NCBI RefSeq assembly: GCF_009914755.1 | Contig: NC_060943.1 | DNA: 64,000 bases | Source: the human T2T-CHM13v2.0 reference genome, Homo sapiens | Reading direction: 5' to 3' (one strand) | Notes under the pieces: generated by a model | The model's database searches: none | What the model was told of the DNA's origin: nothing | Seen by the model: the letters and a program-made list of their open reading frames with translations, nothing else | Made by a program: the position numbers and the translations under genes | Shown: positions 53,459 to 64,000 of the stretch, in pieces | Numbering within the stretch: position 1 is the stretch's first letter | Layout of the letters: each line of letters starts with the position of its first letter

Positions 53459-53955
53459 CCTAAAGGATGAAAGAAGCCTGGACTAAGCTCAGGACAGCTG
53501 GATCCCAGGAGTGTGGGACACCATCATCAGTGCTAGCCAGAGATGGCCAGAACTCCTGGGTTCTCAGTCCCTACTCATGACTCAGCGCCCTCACTTGCAA
53601 CAACCTCCTCCTCCTCCAGGTGCACGGAAGTCTACAAGGGCCAGAGTTTCTGATTACCCTGGATCTAAGGACAGGGAGGGGTTAGGGTCTTTCCTTTTCC
53701 TTATCTCAGACAAAGCATCACAGAGACTGAAGATGGGGGGATGGAGTTTGGGGTGATAATAATTCTGTCATTGAAATCATTGGCCATCTCATGAAAATAA
53801 AAGGAAACGTCACCACAATGGAATATTATAAGGGAATAAAAAGGAATGAAGTACTGATAATACTACCACACGGATGAACCTTAAAATTTTATGGCCGGGC
53901 ACGGTGGCTCACGCCTGTAATCCCAGCACTTTGGGAGGCCGAGGCGGGCGGATCA

Positions 53956-54227
<272 letters not shown>

Positions 54228-54465
54228 TCATGCCTGTAATCCCAGCACTTTGGGAGGCGGAGGTGGGCGGATCACGAGGTCAGTAGTTCAAAATCAGCCT
54301 GGCCAACATAGTGAAACCGGTCTCTACTAAAAATACAAAAATTAGCAGGGCGTGGCAGCGTGCACCTGCAGTTCCAGCTACTCAGGAGGCTGAGGCAGGA
54401 GAATCGCTTAAACCCAGCCAGGCAGAGGTTGCAGTGAGCCGAGATCGTGCCACTGCGCTCCAGCC

Positions 54466-55754
<1,289 letters not shown>

Positions 55755-56011
55755 CAGCCTAGGTGACAGAGTGAGACTCCGTCTCAAAAAAAAAAAAAAT
55801 CATTAGGTGAATGAGGTGAATGAAGACACACGGTGGCTCACACCCGTAATCCCAGCACTTTGGGAAGCCAAGGTGAGAGGATCACTTGAGCCCAGGAGTT
55901 CAAGACCAGCCTAGGCAACATAGTGACACACCATCTCAAAGCAAAAGAGGCCAGGTGCATTAGCTCACGCCTGTAATCCCAGCACTTTGGGAGGCCGAGG
56001 CAGGCAGATCA

Positions 56012-56391
<380 letters not shown>

Positions 56392-57284
56392 CTAATTGAT
56401 GCACTATTTCTTTCTTTCTTTTTTTTTTCCTTGAGACAAAGTCTCGCTCTTTCACCCTGGCTGGAATGCAGTAGCCTGATCTCAGTTTACTGCAACCTCT
56501 GTCTCCTGGGTTCAAGCAATTCTTCCACCTCAGCCTCCCCAGCAGCTAGGATTACAGGTGCATGCCACCACGCCCAGCTAATTTTTGTATTTTTAGTAGA
56601 GACTGGGTTTCACCATGTTGGCCAGACTGGTCTTGAACTCCTGACCTCAGGTGATCCACCCACCTTTGCCTCCCAAAGTGCTGGGATTACAGGCGTGAGC
56701 CACCGCGCCCAGCCATGATGCAGGATCTCTATCTGGGGTGATACAAATGTTCTAAAATTGATTGTGGTGACGGTTGCAGAATTATATAAATATAGTTAGC
56801 TTCTCGTATCCTACAGGCTCCACATCCCCACTGCTGACCCAAAATATTCAGGAAAGAAATTGAAAAACAACAAGATGACAATAAATAACAGAACCAATTT
56901 TTTTTTTCTTTGAGACAGAGTATTGCTCTGTCACCCAGGCTGGAGTACAGTGGCATGATCTCGGCTCACTGCAACCTCGGCCTCCTGGGTTCAAGTGACT
57001 CTCTTGCCTTGGCCTCCGGAGTATCTGGGATTACAAGCCTGCACCCCCTTGCCTGGCTAATTTTTGTATTTTTAGTAGAGACATGGTTTCGTCACGTTGG
57101 CCAGGCTCGTCTCAAATTCCTGGACTGAAGTGACCAACCAGCCTCAGCCTCCCAAAGTGCTGGAATTACAGGCACTTTATTTTTAAAAATTTTTTTAAAT
57201 AACATATAACAGCTATTTACGGGCCAGGCATGATGGTTTATGCCTGTAATCCCAGCACTTTGGGAGGCTGAGGTGGGTGGATCA

Positions 57285-57711
<427 letters not shown>

Positions 57712-57858
57712 ACTGGAAACCATGGAATTGTGAACTTTAAATGGGTGACTTGTATGGTTTGTGAATTATACTTCAGTGAAGCTGCTGCCTAAGAAAGGGG
57801 AAGATTTGCTGCATGAACCAGGAGATCCCAGGTTTCACCCCAATGTCCCCTAAATTAC

Positions 57859-58023
57859 CAGGTCGTTGGTGGGCTTGCCAACCCTTGCGTCGGATTCTCG
57901 GAGACTGTTTAAAAGGTGGGGGAGAGACGGAACCATTCTCCACGGAGACTTCCTCCAATTCTGCATCGGAATTGTCTGGGAGCCAGGATAAGAAAGGGGA
58001 CTGGAGACCGAGATTCCTGAACA
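57859..58023 (-). CDS. TULP2: TULP2 exon 6 (FRNLGLQSP...HQRP)
   Basis: cttcctcag acceptor, GTAATT donor, 165 nt. Confidence 0.93.
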
Positions 58024-58226
58024 CTGAGGAAGGAAGGAGGGGAGAGTTGGATTTCTGGATGCTGCAGGAGGAGGCGGCTCAGGACCTGAACTCCTTGGTG
58101 TGAGGAAGGAGTGGGTGCGGTCCTGAGCTCCTGAGTATTTTGGACAGATGGATTGAGGCACCAGACTCCTGGGTTTTAGTGGGGACGGAGTTCTGGGGTC
58201 TAGGAGGTCGGTGGACTCGCAAATAC

Positions 58227-58364
58227 CTGCTTCTGTCCGCGGTGTCGGGAGGCCGCGCTCGCCCCTGCCGTCTCCACCACAGCTCACGGTGCCCAGGGCA
58301 CTGTGGATGCCAGAGGGCAGATGTGCCTCTGACACTTTCTTCCGGAGGAAAGGGTTCCCAAGGC
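58227..58364 (-). CDS. TULP2: TULP2 exon 5 (LGNPFLRKK...RTEA)
   Basis: ctcccag acceptor, GTATTT donor, 138 nt. Confidence 0.92.
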
Positions 58365-58579
58365 CTGGGAGAAGGTTCAGCGAGCCCATGAAAACGATCT
58401 ACAAATTCCGGTCCTCAACCAAAATCCACCCCGTCACTGGGCTCCCAAATATCACCCCCGCCAGGCGCCGTGGCTCACGCCTGTAATCCCAGCACTTTGG
58501 GAGGCCGAGGCAGGCGGATCACCTGAGGTCGGGAGTTCGAGACCAGCCTGACCAACATGGAGAAACACCGTCTCTACTA

Positions 58580-58726
<147 letters not shown>

Positions 58727-59290
58727 CTAAACTCCGTCTCAAAAAAGAAAAAAAAATCACCCTGTTTCGCGGACCGCCCAAACCTTGAGACCCAGGTCCC
58801 AAACTGCATCCTAAGCCTCAAACAAGCACAGCCCTGCCGCTGGATTGTTGCGGGCTCCGCACGTAAAGAATCTCGCGCCAGGCTCTCGTAATGAGACCGC
58901 GCCCCGCCCCGGACCCCTAGACCCCGTCTCCGCAATCCCGGGTTTGGGGTGGGGGTCCCGGCTTTCCCAGGCTCCACCACCGAGCTCTGCCAAGCCCAAT
59001 CATCACATTCTCTTGCCCCTTTCCCCTGCTAGTTGTACCATGCCCCGCCCCTGCGCTCTGTAGCCCTGCCCCGAACCCCTCCCTCACAGGTCCTGCCGCG
59101 GGGGGCCCCCACAAGCCTCTCCCCTGGGCGCCCACAGGCCCTGTTCTAAAGCTCTCCTGGGCCAAGGCCCGCCCCCATCCACTGCCAAGTCCCCACCCTA
59201 AGGCTCCACCCCTTCATCCACTAGGCCCCGCCCACAGACTCCCACAGGCCCCTCCCCTCCAGGCGAACGCCCCCAGGGGTCTTTGGTCAC

Positions 59291-59417
59291 CTCTGTCACC
59301 TAAAAGGCGCTCCTCCCGCAGACAAGAGCGCCAAAGCCACGGGGAAGCGTCAGGATTGGCCTGAACCATGAGGAGCTCCTGGCGCTTCTGTCGCTGCTTC
59401 TTTTCAAACAGCCGCCG
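59291..59417 (-). CDS. TULP2: TULP2 exon 4 (RRLFEKKQRQKR...LGDR)
   Basis: ctccccag acceptor, GTGACC donor, 127 nt; conserved TULP N-terminal helix. Confidence 0.92.
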
Positions 59418-59616
59418 CTGGGGAGATGGGAGAGGTGGGTGTCCGGGACAGGAACCAGATGGGAAGACAGAAGTGAGGTGGGGCCTGGGGCAAGGGCTCG
59501 CATCGGCGCGAGAGTTCGTGAACCCCTTCCTCCACTGGGGCCCACACGTCCAGGCCCTCAGTTCTTCAGCAGCTCCTCCCTTATTCCACCGTTGGACTCA
59601 GATCCAAGAGTCCTGA

Positions 59617-60093
<477 letters not shown>

Positions 60094-60205
60094 TGAGAGA
60101 CAGCCAACACGGGCTGGGAGTCCTAGAGCAAGACCTGGTGGAGAGGCCCCTGGGGAGGCACAGAAGGCGGAAGAGTTGGAGTGGTGAGATTCCTGGGCAC
60201 AATAC

Positions 60206-60257
60206 CTGCTGTTCCAGCTTCTGCAGCCTCATAGCAGCGAGCTCATGCCCCAGGATG
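60206..60257 (-). CDS. TULP2: TULP2 exon 3 (ILGHELAAMRLQKLEQQ)
   Basis: ctctctcag acceptor, GTATTG donor, 52 nt. Confidence 0.92.
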
Positions 60258-60697
60258 CTGAGAGAGACACAGGCCCATGGTGACAGTGCACAGGGAACCT
60301 CGGTTGCCCAAGAGAGTCCCTCCTTCCCCCATCCTGCCCCTATCTCAGCTTGGGTTCTGGGCACCTGTGAGGTCACAGGAGGTGCAGAACCTGAGCCTGC
60401 TCCACCAGTTATAGGGCCCTTTCTCCTGGCACTGGCCCACAGAAGCCGGGACCCAGAGATCCCAGGTCCCTCCTGTCTCAGGATTCAGGAGTCTGGGGCC
60501 CCCAACCCCTTCTCTTTCAGACCCAGAAGTCTGCACCCTAGCCCCATCCCTTCAGGACACAGGAGTCCAGGTCCCCAGCCCCTTCCTGCAAGGCCGATGG
60601 TGCTGAACCTGCAAACATGGTTATGAAGCCAGAGCCGAGTGCACGGGGTCCCCAGCCCTTTCCACCTCCACCCCTACCCATCTGTTTCCCTACTCAC

Positions 60698-60729
60698 TCT
60701 CTCATCAATGTGTCATTATCCTGAGACAT
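60698..60729 (-). CDS. TULP2: TULP2 exon 2 coding part (MSQDNDTLMR)
   Basis: ttctgcag|A ATG at 60729-60727, GTGAGT donor. Confidence 0.9.
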
Positions 60730-60809
60730 TCTGCAGAAGCAAGAATGAGGAGTCAGGATCAGAACCAACATCCCAATGGATCCTGCCCACCAGCACCTAA
60801 TCTTTAGCC

Positions 60810-60840
<31 letters not shown>

Positions 60841-61450
60841 TGTATTTAGAGACAGCTGAGCCTCGCTCTGTCGCCCAGGCTGCAGTGCAGTGGCGCCATC
60901 TCGGCCACTGCAACCTCCACCTCCTGGGTTCAAGCGATTCTCCTGCCTCAGCCTCCCGAGTAGCTGGGACTACAGGCGTCCGCTATTCTGCCTAATTTTT
61001 TTGTATTTTAGTAGATACCGGTTTTCACTATGTTGGCCAGGCTGGTGCCGGACTCCTGACCTCAGGTGATCTGCCCGCCTTGGCCTTCCAAAGTGCTAGG
61101 ATTACAGGCATGAGCCACAGTGCCCGGCCTGATCCTTACCTTTAAATTTGCTTCCGGACCCAGGCAGCCCGAATCCCAGCACCCACTCCTGTCGGGATCT
61201 AGTAGCCTGTTTCCAGCTTCCCACGGGGGTCCGCAAGTCCGCTTCTCTCTCCCCCAAATATCTAATTCTCCAGCACCCAGGCATCAGAACTCAGGACTGT
61301 GCACTTCAAACACCCAGCCCCCAGCGGCCTAGAACTCCACTGCCCACCTGCCTGGGATCCGGGAGACTTGTTCTCCTCACCAGGTGCCTGGAGAGGCTGC
61401 TCACATTGATGCCTCGGTACCTTGCCTCTCTGGCCAATCTCTAAACATAC

Positions 61451-61595
61451 CTGATCCTCTCTTTGGAAGCTGGGGACCTAATCTCGGGATATCTGCGAAA
61501 TAGGGAGGAGAAGAAAGACGGCTCAGAGGGAGGGAGGATTCCCTCTGGGACCTGAACTGGTCCACTCCCTTCTGACCCTCCACTCTCCACTTCCA
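61451..61595 (-). other. TULP2: Probable TULP2 non-coding exon 1
   Basis: Donor CAG|GTATGT at 61449-61450 in unique sequence upstream of exon 2; TSS approximate. Confidence 0.5.
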
Positions 61596-61789
61596 ACAAA
61601 GTAACGAACTCGGTCACTGATGCAGCCAGGCAACCCTGCTCCGGGGGTTCTGAACACGAATGCCGTGTGGGGGTTCCTTAAAGAGACCAGAGACCGGCCC
61701 GGCGCGGTGGCTCACGCCTGTAATCCCAGCACTTTGGGAGGCCGAGGCGGGCGGATCACGGGGTCAGGAGATCTAGACCATCCTGGCTA

Positions 61790-62080
<291 letters not shown>

Positions 62081-62614
62081 TTAAAAGAGGCGGGGCGCAG
62101 TGGCTCACGCCTGTAATCCCAGCACTTTGGGAGGCGGAGACGGGGAGGCAAGATTGCTTGAGTCCAGGAGATCCAGATCCAGACCAGCAACACAGAGATT
62201 TTTTTTTTTTTTTGAGACGTAGTCTCACTCTGTCGCCCAGGCTGGAGTGCAGTGGCGCGATCTCGGCTCACTGCAACCTCCGCCTCCCGGGTTTAAGAGA
62301 TTGTCCTGCCTCAGCTTCCTGAGTAGCTGGGATTACAGGCATGCGCAACCACGCCTGGCTAATTTGTATTTTTAGTGGAGGCGAGGTTTCTCCATGTTGG
62401 CCAGGCTGGTCTCAAACCCTTGACCTCAGGTGATCTGCCTGCCTCAGCCTCCCAAAGTGCTGGGATTACAGGAGTGAACCCCCAAGCCCGGCTTGACATC
62501 CGTCTCTTTAAAAAACAACAACAACAAAGTGTGAGAAGTGTGAAAGACAGAACGTTAAAAAAAAAAAAAGGCTAAAAAAGAATTAAAGATTTAAATATTT
62601 GTATTAAAAATTTA

Positions 62615-62830
<216 letters not shown>

Positions 62831-62859
62831 CTATAACTTCCAGGCACTTCGTGGGGCGA

Positions 62860-63170
62860 AAATAAATGGGAAAACTACAGCTCCCATGAGGCGAAGGGGC
62901 CACGATGCCCGCGGAAGTTATTTTTCCCCCGGCCGGCAGGGAGTTGTAGTTATCTTTGAAAGCCTTCTCTCTCTTTTGGCATAGGCGGGAAATGTGGCGT
63001 CAAGAGGCTGGGATTCCGAGAAAGAAGCGAGGCTTTCACGAAAATGCGAGCGGCTTCGGCAAGGGGCGGGGCCGCTGGACGTGGATGAAAGCTACAGAGC
63101 CAGCGTGGACCAATCAGACCTCTTTGGGGCGGGGCCTCTGTGGATAAGTGGGCGTGGTCTAGGGGGGAAG
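62860..63170 (+). promoter_or_regulatory. NUCB1: NUCB1 CpG-island promoter with paired ZNF143 motifs, GC boxes and ERSE-II
   Basis: ACTACA..TCCC motifs at 62872-62892 and 62932-62951; GGGGCGGGGC at 63063 and 63126; ATTGG-T-CCACG (minus) at 63104-63114. Confidence 0.85.
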
Positions 63171-63172
63171 TC

Positions 63173-63233
63173 ACCAAGAACGCACCGGAGGTCCTTGCCC
63201 GCCCTGGAAAACGCCCTCTGCGGTGAAGGAGAG
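63173..63233 (+). other. NUCB1: NUCB1 non-coding exon 1 (start approximate)
   Basis: Donor GAG|GTGAGA at 63234 downstream of the promoter elements. Confidence 0.7.
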
Positions 63234-63657
63234 GTGAGAGGCCAGGGTTCCCATACTCTTGGGTCCTAGGGAGGATGGGGGCCAGAGGGCTGGAAAACTG
63301 GGTCCCGGAGGAGGATGCACTGGGTGCCAGTACTTTAGGTCCTGGGAAAAGAGGAGGCTGGGACCCTGGACTCTTGGGTCTGGGGGAGGAGGCGGCCGAG
63401 ATCCCGGATTCCTGAGTGTGAGAGAGGAGCGTGTTGGGAGCCAGGACCCCTGGGTCTGAGGGCCCAGACTCCTGTGTCGGAGGAAGGGAAGGCCGGAGGC
63501 CTGGAATCCTGGGGCCTGGGTAACAAAATGCTTGTGTCTTGATTCTTGGAAGTGGGGGCGGCGCTGGGGGCCCGAACTCCTGGTTCCAGGGGAGGAAGAG
63601 GCTTGGGACAGACATTATGCATTATCCAGCCCTCCATCCCCCACAGACCACACTGCC

Positions 63658-63792
63658 ATGCCTCCCTCTGGGCCCCGAGGAACCCTCCTTCTGTTGCCGC
63701 TGCTGCTGCTGCTCCTGCTTCGCGCCGTGCTGGCTGTCCCCCTGGAGCGAGGGGCGCCCAACAAGGAGGAGACCCCTGCGACTGAGAGTCCC
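63658..63792 (+). CDS. NUCB1: NUCB1 (nucleobindin-1) exon 2 coding part: signal peptide MPPSGPRGTLLLLPLLLLLLLRAVLA...ESP; gene continues beyond the window
   Basis: ccccacag acceptor 63645-63646, GCCATG start, poly-Leu signal peptide, donor CCC|GTGAGT. Confidence 0.96.
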
Positions 63793-64000
63793 GTGAGTGG
63801 CCCTGCCCTGCTATCCAGCCAGGTGTTTGCAGTGGTACTACAGCTCCTGCAGACCCCGGTGCCCGTAGGGCGGATGCTCCAGTGACTTCCTGGCCCTACA
63901 GTTGTAGCTTGTTTTTTGCCCACCATTCCTCCCAGCAGCAGGGGTTTGACTTGGTGAAAAACTGGAGGTCCCTGACTCTGAGGTGTGGAAAATCTGCATC

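Noticed and set aside
62950-63615. 221-aa Pro-rich minus-strand ORF over the NUCB1 5' end
   Set aside because: GC-rich promoter plus degenerate MSR1 repeats; no coding support.

Overview
Human genomic DNA recognisable as chr19q13.33, very Alu-rich (roughly half the window by eye). It holds four protein-coding genes whose exons I reconstructed from GT-AG junctions and frame continuity. PLEKHA4 (minus; 19 coding exons at 168-30481, 2340 nt = 779 aa). PPP1R15A/GADD34 (plus; CDS 36097-37761 + 38477-38836 = 674 aa, with TATA, CRE, two uORFs and a 3' ARE). TULP2 (minus; 12 coding exons at 43874-60729, 1563 nt = 520 aa). The 5' end of NUCB1 (plus; first coding exon 63658-63792, ERSE-II promoter). 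Nearly all other ORFs in the track come from Alu, LTR or low-complexity sequence. The most unusual structure is in TULP2 intron 6: a HERV-K(HML-2) solo LTR is inserted exactly in a 3' splice site. Its target-site duplication copies the AG|G, the LTR supplies the new polypyrimidine tract, and the insert is bounded by GT...AG, so it could be removed precisely as a recursive intron. A second, inverted LTR5 1 kb away can base-pair with that tract. Other highlights: a truncated SVA at the branch-point region of PLEKHA4 exon 9; a perfect 136-bp duplication upstream of the GADD34 promoter; a MER41 LTR with tandem GAS motifs; a 35-bp CCAAT-box array; an antisense LTR13 just after the GADD34 poly(A) signal; and recurrent paired ZNF143 motifs. 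Repeat subfamily names are from memory of consensus sequences and need RepeatMasker/Dfam confirmation.
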